DNA from: Amoebophrya sp. A120
Taxonomy: Eukaryota > Protista > Dinoflagellata
DNA: 64,000 nt
Direction of reading: 5' to 3'
Assembly (NCBI GenBank): GCA_905178155.1
Contig: CAJINV010000003.1
Coordinates: 4,809,863-4,873,862 of the forward strand
Shown piece by piece: positions 1-11,400 of this stretch (the stretch's first letter is position 1; each line of letters starts with the position of its first letter). Below the pieces are notes generated by a model. The model was not told the origin of the DNA and did no database searches. It saw nothing but the letters and a program-made list of their open reading frames with translations. Both the position numbers and the translations under genes were made by a program.

Positions 1-683
1 TAAATTGAGGGGGGATCAGAGCCGGACATGGATACCGGTGGGTAGTTCAATCAATAGAGCTCGAAAAGTATCGGCAGGGGACCGACCAACCAAACTAAAA
101 CTCAAAAAGAGGGTCGTCAGCGCACGGCGAAATGAAAACGAAAAAAGTACAAGTATTCGGAAAAATCAGGGGTTACTTGGAAGAATGGGTGGGCCAGACG
201 AAACTACTTCTAGGTGGGATTGATATGAGTGGACTGTGGAGCGTAACAGCGATCAGTCGGGAATCCAATTTGATTTGTCAGAATCAGAGACAGAGAGAAG
301 GAGAACCAATCGGACGTCAACCGTTTTATCATGGTAGCATGAGTAAAGGTATTTTACGTCTCCGGATGACTATAGTACTTACAGCACATTTTGACCATCT
401 TCTGTGATAACCTGCGGAACAGATTGTGATGTGTGTGTCGAAAATCGTCGTTGATCTTTTTCAGCAGCTACAGGTCCCTTTCGTCGAATTGAAAGATTGA
501 CAGGCATCTCGAAAGTTTAGCGAACAGCCAAATTATAGCCACTCACGTGCTCACTTGGACCACATGGTGCGGGTTCCAAAGGTGGTAGGTTTTGACTGTA
601 AACTTTGATCCTGTGTTCGTGGACACCCGAGTCAAGGGCATATCTCTTCTTCATTGCCGACTACATTCAATCTCGAATGGGCA

Positions 684-1112
684 CTAGCTCCCCATCGGAA
701 CAACGTTTCCTTCCTCCTCAACTACTGGACCTGTGGGTGCCTTTGGCGTCCCGTGCATCGCTTTTTTCGCGCTGGTAACCGGGCCCTTGTTGAGTGCCAA
801 GTCCAGCGCATCTCGTTTTACTTTGAGCCGCTCCAAAGAGCGCAGCATCTCCTTGGGTGGCGGTGGGTAGTCCCAAATGGCGAAGTACTTCGGTTTTCCC
901 CCAAAATCATTGGCGGTCTTGAAGATTCCCTTGAAGTTATCCCCAAACACGCCGTCCCCGTGTCCATCTGCTATGTCGTGCTCCAGAACGCCGGGACCCA
1001 TCGGGAAGGGTGCGTATTTCTCCGCGAGCGGGGCCGGGAGCTCCGTTACCGCCTCTACTGCTTGGCAGACCATTGGGTGCTGAGTAAAACAGGTGCGCAG
1101 AACCCCGACCAT
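684..1112 (-). CDS. Hypothetical protein, probably the last exon of a multi-exon gene extending to ~1470
   Basis: 142-aa ORF; short open segments with GT/AG-like borders upstream (1187-1282, 1325-1470), but I could not resolve all phases; no recognisable domain. Confidence 0.4.
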   Translation of the reverse strand: MVGVLRTCFTQHPMVCQAVEAVTELPAPLAEKYAPFPMGPGVLEHDIADGHGDGVFGDNFKGIFKTANDFGGKPKYFAIWDYPPPPKEMLRSLERLKVKRDALDLALNKGPVTSAKKAMHGTPKAPTGPVVEEEGNVVPMGS

Positions 1113-1779
1113 GCTATTTTCTAGTGTTTCACGTGAATCTGATGCTGATGATCATGATCATGTGCAGCCGAAACTGAAACAACTTACTACTACATCGTCG
1201 TTTGCGAAGTCGAGGCTTTCAGCCCCCACCTGGTCCAGGTTCTCGCTCGTCTTTTCTTCTTTTACAGAAAGGGAACGATAATCTATTGCAAGAGCCACGA
1301 GACGTTGAAACGAGCTAACACTGACCTGTTTCGTTTTGAACCCTTATAGAAGCTGCACGAAGATACATCAGACAGCCCAGCGTTGTAAACCCGACGACCT
1401 GACGAGTACGAACTTCAACTTGTACGGGAGCGCCGCGTACCACGATACCACCACCAGCCCACATTTATTGAGAAAGTCGTAAAACCGATAGAGTGACAAG
1501 CTTAAGCACTTACGTAAGCCCCGATCTTCACAGAACAGCAGATGAAAGCTACCTGCTCTACTTTTCGTCGCCCCACAAGCTGGAATAGATGAAAGTGCCG
1601 AGCCATTTGTTCGAGGGGCCTAGTTAAGTAAATGTCAGTGTCTTCGAAGATGCTCCCCGTTTACATTCATTAGTACACGGACATGAGGCAGCACAGGTCC
1701 TCGCTTGCAGAGCAATACGTTGTCGAAATTGTACAACAATTGACGTGAGCAACAACATTCATTTAGTTGCTATTGGTTT

Positions 1780-2982
1780 TCAGGCCAACTTCGCAACTTG
1801 ATCGAGTTCCGCCGCAAACCACTGCGACAGTTCTTCTGTGAACATTTCAGGCACGGCCCGTTCCGAGCGATGTACTGCCGACCAAAACGAGAGTTTGCAG
1901 TTTTCGCCCGATTGCCGTCGTTGAAGTACCTCGGCAAGCACGTCAACGTGAGCCTGGCCGCACTCTTCCACGCTCTGCATACCGGTTCCCGGAACGTTCC
2001 TGCCCAAGAAATTGAGCGAGCGCGAGAAAAAGTTGTCGCCAAACGTAGAAAACATGACTCCCGTCTCGACCAATCCCGGGAACGTGCCAATCACATCCAC
2101 CGAAAGCGGACCACTCGAGCCGCTGTTTGCAGTTTGAAAAAAGGCCGCCAGCATCTGGTCGTGGGACACACCCGCGGTGGCCAGCGTTTTTGGAAACACC
2201 ATGTTTTCTTTGTACGCCGCTCGCGCTTCCTCAGTTTTGTGCTGCGTCAGCACGTGCTGCTCGAGGAAGCTGCGACGAGTGGCCGCGTCCTGTCCACCGG
2301 CGCTGTGCTTCTGGCCGGAGGCCAGGACGGAAATGACCGCGACCGGCAGCTTTTTGTCGGTCGCGCTTCGTAGCAAGTTCGCCTGGGTCAGATATCGGAG
2401 GAGCAGGTATCGACTCAGCACATCCACAAAAACTACGCGATTGAAGCCGTCGGGCGTGAGGGGATTGGCGAAGTCGGGCCAAACGCCCACCGTGAAAACC
2501 ACCAGATCGTAAGTGTCGGAAACCCCGGCCTTTGCTCCTGTTCTGCTCTCCGCCGGTTGTCCCCGTGCTGCAGCCGTACTACTAGCACCTCCAGCTCCAG
2601 CGGGAGGTACGGATTTATTGGCGGAGGTGCTTCTTGTGTCGGGATTATTTTTCCCTTGCAGGGTGTCAACGAAGGCACGGCAACCAGCAACCGTTGACAG
2701 ATCGGCCGCCCAGTGTTCGCACAGACACGAAGCGTTTATCTGTTTCATAGCTGTCTGAATGGCAGTGCCAGCTATGCGATCCCGTCCGACTATATCCACG
2801 CGACCGCAGCCGCGCTTGGCCAGCTCCAAGGCGATGCCACTGCCGATTCCCTTCGTGCCACCGACGACCAATGCCCTTCGATTTTGGAAAAGCGGCACCG
2901 TTGTTGTCGGGTTCTCCCGAACTGATGCTGCAACGCGCGATATTTCGGGCCCTAACGCGAACGAGTCCAAAAGAAAATTCAT
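1780..2982 (-). CDS. Short-chain dehydrogenase/reductase (SDR) family oxidoreductase
   Basis: 400-aa ORF with Rossmann motif ALVVGGTKGIGSGIA, IVGRD, ADLS, YDLVVFTVG and FPGLVETG. Confidence 0.85.
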   Translation of the reverse strand: MNFLLDSFALGPEISRVAASVRENPTTTVPLFQNRRALVVGGTKGIGSGIALELAKRGCGRVDIVGRDRIAGTAIQTAMKQINASCLCEHWAADLSTVAGCRAFVDTLQGKNNPDTRSTSANKSVPPAGAGGASSTAAARGQPAESRTGAKAGVSDTYDLVVFTVGVWPDFANPLTPDGFNRVVFVDVLSRYLLLRYLTQANLLRSATDKKLPVAVISVLASGQKHSAGGQDAATRRSFLEQHVLTQHKTEEARAAYKENMVFPKTLATAGVSHDQMLAAFFQTANSGSSGPLSVDVIGTFPGLVETGVMFSTFGDNFFSRSLNFLGRNVPGTGMQSVEECGQAHVDVLAEVLQRRQSGENCKLSFWSAVHRSERAVPEMFTEELSQWFAAELDQVAKLA

Positions 2983-3521
2983 TTTCGCAAGCTACACCTG
3001 AACTCCAACTCTCGTAAGGTCAAACTCAAATACACAGTCGTGCTATTACACGTCAAATAATCGAAGGGAAAGCGTCGTCTGATCAACAAGAGGCGTACGC
3101 GTACTATCCGGAAACGTAAATTGAATCGCGTGTGAGTGTGAAGATCCTGACGCATGGCATTTCCACAAGTGCATCATGGAAAGACAATGATCTCGATCGT
3201 CGTACGTGGAAGCCGAAGCCTTTCTTTCAGCCAAGACCCGGAACAATTACTTTTCACCGTGCAAAATTATTTCGTGTAGTTTTGGTTTGTTTGCGTGTGC
3301 GATCGTTTCATCGCGGTAATGATCGAAGTGCGCCTTATTTTATTCTGTGCATCTACGTAGATAATTATCGAGTCCTTGCGCGCTCATTTCATGTGTTCAC
3401 TCCTCACTTATGCGTATTTGTCACGCCCAATCCACTTGCGTGAAGTTCAAGTTCAGTTCTCATAAACTTCTACAGTGGAGGTGACGATGTACACGACCCA
3501 GACACCAGGATCGGTTATCTA

Positions 3522-6500
3522 TCAATCAAATTCTTCTGACAAAACCCTTCGAATGATCTCGGTCATCTCCGGTCCGCACCGCAAAACAACCGCCGTCGCG
3601 TGGCCTCCGGAGTGCCACTCCAGCAGGGCCTTGCGAGATGCGGCCTTCAACGTGGCGTACAGCGTGCGCACCGACTCCATGGGGACGAACTCGTCGTCCT
3701 TGCAGCCCACCACCAGTCCGGAGAGCCGGCTGTGGTCAATCTGACTGTGCAGGTACCCGATCCAGGTATCGATGTTCTGGTGGTGCCGCAAAAATCGCCG
3801 GAAAACCGCAGCCGCACGCATCGGAGTTTCGATCGCCGAGCTTGTAATCGGCTTGCCGCCGTAAGTGGGGACCTTAGCCTTCTTGGACGTAGTCGACGTA
3901 TTCGCATTCATTTTCGCTTTATTGGTACTACTAGAAGGCGCAGACGACCCCGTTCTTGGGGACGAGGATGTAGTCGCGGCAACAGATGCGGACGACCCCT
4001 CGTCGGCTTTTTTTCCAGCAGGAGTGCCGGCCTTATTTTTGTCATCCCGACCGGAACTGTCTTCGTCACCTGCCGAACGGATCTCGCCCGGCGTGACCGG
4101 ATTGCGACGTTGCGCGCGTACCTGCGACATGTCCACCTTGGCTTGGTCGGCCAGCAGGGCATCAAAGTTGATCTCCTGCCGAATCCGCCCGTCCACGAGA
4201 ACCGTGGGTGCGTGAGGGCCGCAGTAGCTGCCGATGCGTACCTCCACCCAGGGGTCCACGATCAGCAACACAAAGGCCGCGGCGAGTGCGCACCCTCCAC
4301 CGAGAGAGAAGCCTGTGAAAGTGACTCGAGGTGGCCGCGTGAAGCTCGGGTACAGCGAATCTACTTCGTTCAACCCGTTTGATGCTGCTTGTTCACTGTG
4401 AGAACCGTTATTTCTGATGTTTTCCGCTTCAGGCGCATCTTGTTCATCCGAGCCGCTGTTTTTCTTGGCAGTGGTCGCGAAGCTGGGGCGCCACACGTTG
4501 GAAAGGTTTCGCGGGCCCCCGCGTAGCCGGGAGGACGGCTCGAACTTCGTAGATGACTGATGTGCCGTGTTGCTTTTTTGTTTTTCCTTATTCTTTTCCC
4601 TCATCTTCATCTTCGCCTGCTGTGCTGCGTCGTCGTCTTCCTTATCTTTAGCGGCGTTGGCGGCGACGATGATTTTTTGATAGTCGTTGGGGTCGATCGT
4701 GAGAAATTTGCGAAACATTGGGGAGTTGAGAAACGTGTAGGTGAGCGAAACCGCCTCAACGGTCAGCCCGGTGGTCAAATAACACACGTGCTCCACGGTG
4801 CGGCAGTAGTGTCGCACCATCTTTGGAGTTCGCCGGATCCCGTGCATCGGCGCGAGGGTGATCATGACAATAGTGTCCTGGTTCGCGGTCTTGTACGCCG
4901 TTGCGAGCCGGTAGGACTCATTCATCGTCATCTCTCCGGTGAACGGCAAGATGACGACCAGATTTTTTAACGCAGCCACCGAACGCGCCGCAGCGGACTC
5001 ATCTACTGGTCCTGCCTCCCGCGGCGGCGCTGCGGACGAAGACGAACCCCCCGCCGCGCCGCCGGGTCCTGCTCTATCTGTTCTGTTCTTAGTCGTGCCG
5101 CTGGAACCACTGGAAAGAAGAGATGGCTGCACAGCGCCGACGACGGGGTTAATTCCGTCACCGCTATCATCTTTTTGGATCCTTATGCCCTTCTCAGCCT
5201 CGCTCGACCGTTTACTCCTTCTCTCCCGTCTGTCCTTTGGTGCGATTCCCGAGAGGGTCGACATCACGGAGTCCTTAGAGCGAGCAGGATCTGCCTCCGG
5301 GCTGCTGCTGTGGTCGTCTCCCGCGCCGTCAGTCTTGGTCAGGTCCACGACCCCGGCGAAGTTCCGCCACTTTCGCGCGGTCCGTCGGTTCATCGTCTCC
5401 GACTGGATTTCGCTTTCGTGCTCCGGACTCACAGCCAGTGGCTCCTGCAACAGATCCTCATTCACGCTGTCCGTGCCGGAACTGCTGCCTCCCGGTGGCG
5501 GCCGCGGAATGTCCCGAATCCACTTCACGAGCAAGAAATACCCGCGCTGGCACTCGTCCGGCAGGAACTCCGCAATGGGACTGGTGTACTCGTACTCCGA
5601 CACTTCGAATTCAGCACCGTACCTTGTTTCGAGGACCGTTTTGCTACTCTTCACTGGGCCGCCTGGAGCCGCGGCGGCCCTCGAGTTCTGCCTTGAAGTC
5701 GCGCCTTGATGTGGAAGGGGAGGCGTAGAAGTTGCGGTTCCCTCTTTGCCGGTTCTTGCACCACTAGTCTCGTTCGTTTTCGTATGACTTCCACCGACTG
5801 ATTCATTGACAGACGCGCTTGCTGTCGCGCCGGCTTCGTCTCCACCTCCAGCTTCGGGCAGCGGCGAGGAAGGTTTCTGTTGCTCGGGAAATACCCACTC
5901 GATGAAGTCAGATTTTCGCCGCCGCACCTCTTTCAGCAGAAAAATATCCTCGGTCGACCACGTGCCGGGCCAGTCCGCGGAGAAATCAAAATTGAAGGGA
6001 GGCCGAAACTCCGGGTCCAGGTACACCAAAGGCTTATTCTCCGGATCGCGTTTGGCGGCGGGCACTTCTCGGTGGCATCCCCAACCAGCCCAGTAAATGG
6101 CGTCCAACGGGCAAGATTGCCACGGAGAGAATTGATACGAGCCATTGGTACTGCTCTTACTGTCACTCGTCGACGCTTCATCGTAATCCTGGAGTCTCCT
6201 CCAGGATAGCAAATCCTGGCCGAGTTGTAGAGACGTAGCAGTGCTCTCCTTACTTGATGTCCCTTTGGCCACGAATTCAGGAACCGCGACACGACCGGGT
6301 TCATCTTCATCTAGGGGATCCTTTGTGATTTCCTCGGCGCTTTCCTCTATCCTTTGCGTCGCAGTCCGTTCTTCATCCTGGAAATCTGATAAATTGCAGA
6401 AGTCGTCCATTTTCATTGTCGGTTGTTCTTCTCTGCCAGCAGTTGCTGACATTAACAGCTCTCCTTGAAGATGCCCCCTCTCGTCCTCGCCGCTCGCGTC

Positions 6501-7205
6501 GGTACTACCGGTAATATTTGCGAGGGCCAAGAACGCCTCGCTCCCTCGTTGGAGTCGGCGCCGCGTCTGCAAAAACAGCTCGACCTTGGCAACCTCGTTG
6601 TTGCACGCATATTGCTCTGCCCAGACCGTCCGCAACAGCAGCGCACGCTGGGCGTGAAAGTTGAGCAAAATCATCATCCTCTGCACTTTCTCCAGGTCCC
6701 CCCATCCCTCGTCGAAAAACTGGTCCCCGCGGAGAAACTGCTGCGCGTGCGCGAACAGAGCGTCCATCGCCCCTAACGTGGAACTGTCCAGCCATTTCTC
6801 GATCCAGAAATTGTCGCGCTGGATGTATGACAGCCGGTCCTCTTTGTGCCGCTCGTCCTCCCGCTCGCCCGGAGCGAGGGCCGTCACACTCCTAGTACTG
6901 AATGCCCTCCGGTCACTTGCCGTAGCCCGGTACACCGCGTCGGCATCGGACGAACCGACCGTGCGCTGCCATTGGTTCTCGTCCGCGGCCCGTTCTTTTT
7001 GGCTAAAATTGTAGTCCTTATTCAGTCTTCTGCTCAACTCGCGATGGTCCCGCGGGTGCTTGCGCCCCCCGGCCGCGACCTCCTTGCGGAGTCGCAGCAG
7101 ACCCTTGGTAGTCGTGCCGGAAGAACTGCCCTTAGTACCGCCCGACGAGGGTTGCCCACTCTTGTCTCGGACTTTTGTTTCGCTTTCCTCTCCGTCGCGA
7201 CTCAT
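3522..7205 (-). CDS. Alpha/beta hydrolase, ABHD18 (DUF2048)-like, with long low-complexity insertions
   Basis: 1227-aa ORF; nucleophile elbow TGFSLGG, acid motif CKDDEFVP and His motif WHSGGHATA in canonical order. Confidence 0.7.
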   Translation of the reverse strand: MSRDGEESETKVRDKSGQPSSGGTKGSSSGTTTKGLLRLRKEVAAGGRKHPRDHRELSRRLNKDYNFSQKERAADENQWQRTVGSSDADAVYRATASDRRAFSTRSVTALAPGEREDERHKEDRLSYIQRDNFWIEKWLDSSTLGAMDALFAHAQQFLRGDQFFDEGWGDLEKVQRMMILLNFHAQRALLLRTVWAEQYACNNEVAKVELFLQTRRRLQRGSEAFLALANITGSTDASGEDERGHLQGELLMSATAGREEQPTMKMDDFCNLSDFQDEERTATQRIEESAEEITKDPLDEDEPGRVAVPEFVAKGTSSKESTATSLQLGQDLLSWRRLQDYDEASTSDSKSSTNGSYQFSPWQSCPLDAIYWAGWGCHREVPAAKRDPENKPLVYLDPEFRPPFNFDFSADWPGTWSTEDIFLLKEVRRRKSDFIEWVFPEQQKPSSPLPEAGGGDEAGATASASVNESVGGSHTKTNETSGARTGKEGTATSTPPLPHQGATSRQNSRAAAAPGGPVKSSKTVLETRYGAEFEVSEYEYTSPIAEFLPDECQRGYFLLVKWIRDIPRPPPGGSSSGTDSVNEDLLQEPLAVSPEHESEIQSETMNRRTARKWRNFAGVVDLTKTDGAGDDHSSSPEADPARSKDSVMSTLSGIAPKDRRERRSKRSSEAEKGIRIQKDDSGDGINPVVGAVQPSLLSSGSSGTTKNRTDRAGPGGAAGGSSSSAAPPREAGPVDESAAARSVAALKNLVVILPFTGEMTMNESYRLATAYKTANQDTIVMITLAPMHGIRRTPKMVRHYCRTVEHVCYLTTGLTVEAVSLTYTFLNSPMFRKFLTIDPNDYQKIIVAANAAKDKEDDDAAQQAKMKMREKNKEKQKSNTAHQSSTKFEPSSRLRGGPRNLSNVWRPSFATTAKKNSGSDEQDAPEAENIRNNGSHSEQAASNGLNEVDSLYPSFTRPPRVTFTGFSLGGGCALAAAFVLLIVDPWVEVRIGSYCGPHAPTVLVDGRIRQEINFDALLADQAKVDMSQVRAQRRNPVTPGEIRSAGDEDSSGRDDKNKAGTPAGKKADEGSSASVAATTSSSPRTGSSAPSSSTNKAKMNANTSTTSKKAKVPTYGGKPITSSAIETPMRAAAVFRRFLRHHQNIDTWIGYLHSQIDHSRLSGLVVGCKDDEFVPMESVRTLYATLKAASRKALLEWHSGGHATAVVLRCGPEMTEIIRRVLSEEFD

Positions 7206-8443
7206 CTGATCGAGGATGGCAGCCTCGTTCTACCTCTATAATTGTTAGCAGAGGTGGAACTACTTAGCCCATTAGAAGTCGGACCGGGCTTCGAGTTCGA
7301 TGAAAACACCAAGACTTCTATCTAATATGCGATGCTGTTCTCAGCACAGCTCGCAATTTACTTCTGCCAAAAGGTAAACGTAAAGGTTTATTGGTTGATA
7401 CAAATGAGATCAAAACACTGCCTAGTATGCGAATGGGGGTGTAATGTTACTTGAGTTCCTGGAAAAACAGTGCGAAGCGATCTTTCAAGTGCAGGGACTC
7501 CTGATTCATTCTCCTAATCTGCACGACCATCAGCACATAGAAGACAGACAGAAGCCGAAAATTTCTTTAACAAAACCGAGCCGCGTATACATAGCACACG
7601 AGATACCACGCTTTGCACGACCACAACCGAATGAAATTCGTTCATCTTCTTACCGAATTCACGTTCTTTGATAAGGCATGAGCCGATCAAAGACCTTCAT
7701 ACGATACCGAACTATGTTTGATACCGAGAATAGTGAGATGACACCGACAGCGTCACAATGGGTGAAACACGGCGTGGTCTTGTTCAGGTGTTGTGAAGAC
7801 GATTCTACGGGCGTGAAAAGAAACCGCCCCTTCGTGTCTGTGGTCGTTTTAATTGACTGTGTGTTTATCAGATTCACTTTCGCAATGCATTTTTTACCTT
7901 TCGCAGACAAGATAACCATTTTCATTTTTCCATGGGTTTCTCCCGTCATGGAGTACCTGCATGGATGGTTGGAATTCATGAGGCCTTTCTTGGATGTAGA
8001 AATTGAAATTTGTTCAACGATAAAATACAGGACTTCAGCTTGTTACTTTTCTTGGATCAAAAATTGCAACCACGCAAAGAAACGAAAGAGGACAGACATT
8101 GATTGGCTTACATACAACCTCGTCGTCCTCTCCTCAGGCTTGTCAGAGGGAAAAAAAATAGAATAAACTGATCTGCTCAACCACATGTGCATTTCTTCAA
8201 AACTGGTCCTGGATGCGGGCCACGATATACACATCGAGCACCTGAAGCCTACTTCTTGAAAATGTGACCCAGATAGTAGATTTGCAGTTTTCATTATCAT
8301 TGTACAAAAAAAAGAGAACTAGACGATCACTCATAGCATTTTCTTTCGTGTGTACAGAGAGCGTAAGGGTAAGCGAAACAGTGTGGGTTTTCGTTGCTGC
8401 CGCTACGCACTCCTGATTACAATTGTGAAAATTTGCATTGTTT

Positions 8444-11400
8444 TTAGCCGATGAGCTGCTTCTGCAGCTGCTTTTTACCTTGCGTTTTGTGGTCGTAGTC
8501 GCAAAGGTGCGTGTTGTCATCATCCACGTCGCCACCGTACCGGTGCTTGGAGCAAAACAGCCCGCCGCAGGGACAGGAAAATCCGGTTAGTCCCACCCGT
8601 TTGTTGCACACCCGACACCGGTTTTTTTTCGGTGGGTCGGGCTTTTTTGCCTCCGGCCTTTCGACCTCCATCGGCACCGGAGGTGGTGGCAAAGGTGGAG
8701 CGACACTTGCCGCAGCCGCTGACGACGGAGCCGGCGGGCCGGTACTTGTCTCGCTAACGTCTTCCGTAGTTGGCTTTTCGGTTCTAGTTCCACCGGCTCC
8801 ATTTTCCGCAGCGGTCGCACCCTCACGCTCACCGTTGGAAGAAGACGCGACTGGTTTCAAAAAGACGATTGAGTTTACTGTCTGCTCGTTGCCATCGCTG
8901 GAGCGTGTTTTGAGCTGGCAAAGAGTGGCGGTACCATTTACGGACGGAGGGCTGCTGCACAGATTTTGTCCACTGGCCGACAAACTCGATCCTGCTTGCT
9001 CTGTTGATGGTTGCTCCGCCATTGAGCTATCTTCCTGCAGTGGCTGCGTCGAAGCACCGGCTGTGGATGAAGAGGACCCACGACCCGTGCTGTCGGCACC
9101 ACCCGTCACAAAAGCTGCTGGTTCCATCGGTGGTTCGAGCTGCACGGTGAAAATGACGTGAACCTGGTCCCGTGCGTACTGCCACGCGCGCTGCTCCATG
9201 TCCTGCGTCCAGACGGCGGTGGGGGAAAACAAATTGTCCATCGAGTTTTGCGGTGAGGGCTGCTGCTCCTCCACCATAATCACCGTGTGGGGATTCCAAT
9301 CTACGTGCCGCATGGCGGCGAAGGGCACGTTCTTCAGCCCCCTTGTGATTTGCAGATCGCGGGGGTCGATCCCCGTAGGCGCTTTCGGTTCCTTTTTACT
9401 CTGCTTTCTCCGCTGCCGCCGGAGCGCGCGGATCGCATCCTCCTGGGCGAGGCGAATGCGCGTATCGTCGACCATCGCATCTAAATCCCCGTAGTGGTCC
9501 CTCTCCCCTTCGTTTTCTATGTCCAACATGTCGACGTCGGGAGTACTGGAAGAATTGGACTGCGTTTCCTCGTGGGCTAAATTGTCGTCTTGCGTGGCTG
9601 CCGTCGGCTTTGCTTCGTCAACAGCACCAACGGGCATCGTGCTCGAAGATGAAGATGCGGCCCCACTGTTTCGAGGAAAATCCTCAGGTAAATCAGATCG
9701 CTTCGCCGCATGCATGATGTTCTGTGTGTGGTAGCGGATGTTCATTTTTTCGTTCGCGTTTGCTTTCGCAAGAACACTCTCCTTTGCTGTTTGGGTAGTT
9801 TCCGCACCTCCAGCAGAAGACTGCAGCCCACTGTCGTTCTGATTTCCCATAATATTCCCGGTTCTGTGGTTTCCCGAGAGGCCGAACGCGTCCTTGGTGT
9901 GCCGCCGGCGGTCGTACAAAATCTGGTCAAGGGAGCCGCTCTCAGTAAGGCTTTGCTGGTCTACATCTACTTCTGCGGCGTTCTGCTCTACAGTTGAAGC
10001 CGCTGCGTCTCCGGTGCAAGGCCGCGAGTCACTAATCGTGGCTTGCGGTGGCCCCGCGTTTTCTGCGGAAAGAAGGCAAGGGAAGGCCTCGGCAGCGGAT
10101 TTCATCTCCGGTGCGGAACAATCGGTATCCTCCCCTGGCGTCGGACTAGCGTCTGTACTCGATGCTGCACGCACATTTTGCATCGGGTAGTGCGGACTGG
10201 GCGGGGGGCGAATATCCTGTGCAGAAATATCGCACTCGTACCAATTGCAACTATGCATGACGAATCTTGTCCTTAAGGTAAAACAGCATGACAAAGTCCA
10301 GCTCTCATGCTGTAATGCATTTATACGAATACGATACTTTTGCACAGGATACGGAACCGGCAAGGGCAATGCAGGACACGGCGCAGGCTTCGCCGTCGGA
10401 GCCTCCGCAAGGACAGCGGCCGTCGTAGTCGTCCCGGTAATTCCTTCACCGCTGCACACCAGTGTTGTGGTGCTCTCGCTAGGCCCACTCAACGAAACGG
10501 GCGCGGGCGGGAACACCCATCGCATGCCGCCGGAGTGCTGCCAGTCAAGCCGCATCAACTGTACTTCAAAGTGCTCAATGCGAAGCATGTCGATGGCGCT
10601 TTCGATCGATGCGCTTCCAAGAGCGTCGTACTTGACCGCGCGGCTCAGTTGGATTTCAAGTTCTGGGTTGCGCATGGCCTCGTACGTTCCGTCAGAAGCC
10701 TTCAAAGCCACTGGCGCGTACAGATACTGCAAGATACCGCCGGTCAGGCCAACGACGCGACGAGGCGCAGTGGGGTCCGTGGTCTCACTAGTAGTTGCCG
10801 CGCCCCGGCCAGTTGTATCGGTGGTCGACGAACCTGGAACATCCGCATTTGGCGCCGGCGCGAGCAGTGTCGTCGGCTTGGCTAAGTCCGCTGGATTGAA
10901 AGACGCCCCGTACTTTGTGCGCAGGGTCTGAGCTAATTGCCTCCCCAAGCCCTGCCCCGCGCCTTCTGTCAGAAAGTGCAATACACGACTCTGCAGGTTG
11001 TCGAACGTCTCATGTAGCCCTAAGAGCGGCATGCGAATTAGCACCCCGGGAACCAGATCGAACAAAACTGTTACCGTTCGCCTTTCGTTTTTGGGCGCGC
11101 GAAAATTCAGCGTGATAGCCTCCCCAGGAATTTTCAACAGCTTTGGTGCCAACGAGAGGTCTAGAATGTCCATGTCGCCGAGATTCAGTTTTGACCTTTT
11201 TGCCGTCTGTGGCTTCTTCGTTTGTTCCCGAGTCGTGACAGTCTGCAGCGCGGAAGTTTCCACTGCTGCAGCATTACACGCGGAGCTCGCAGCTCCCGTG
11301 AGGCGCAGCACTTCTTCCTTCACTTCTTCGTGCCTTTTTGCGGTTTTCACCAGATCACGCTTTAAAGAGTGCAAGTTCCGCTCCACTTCTGCTTTCAGTG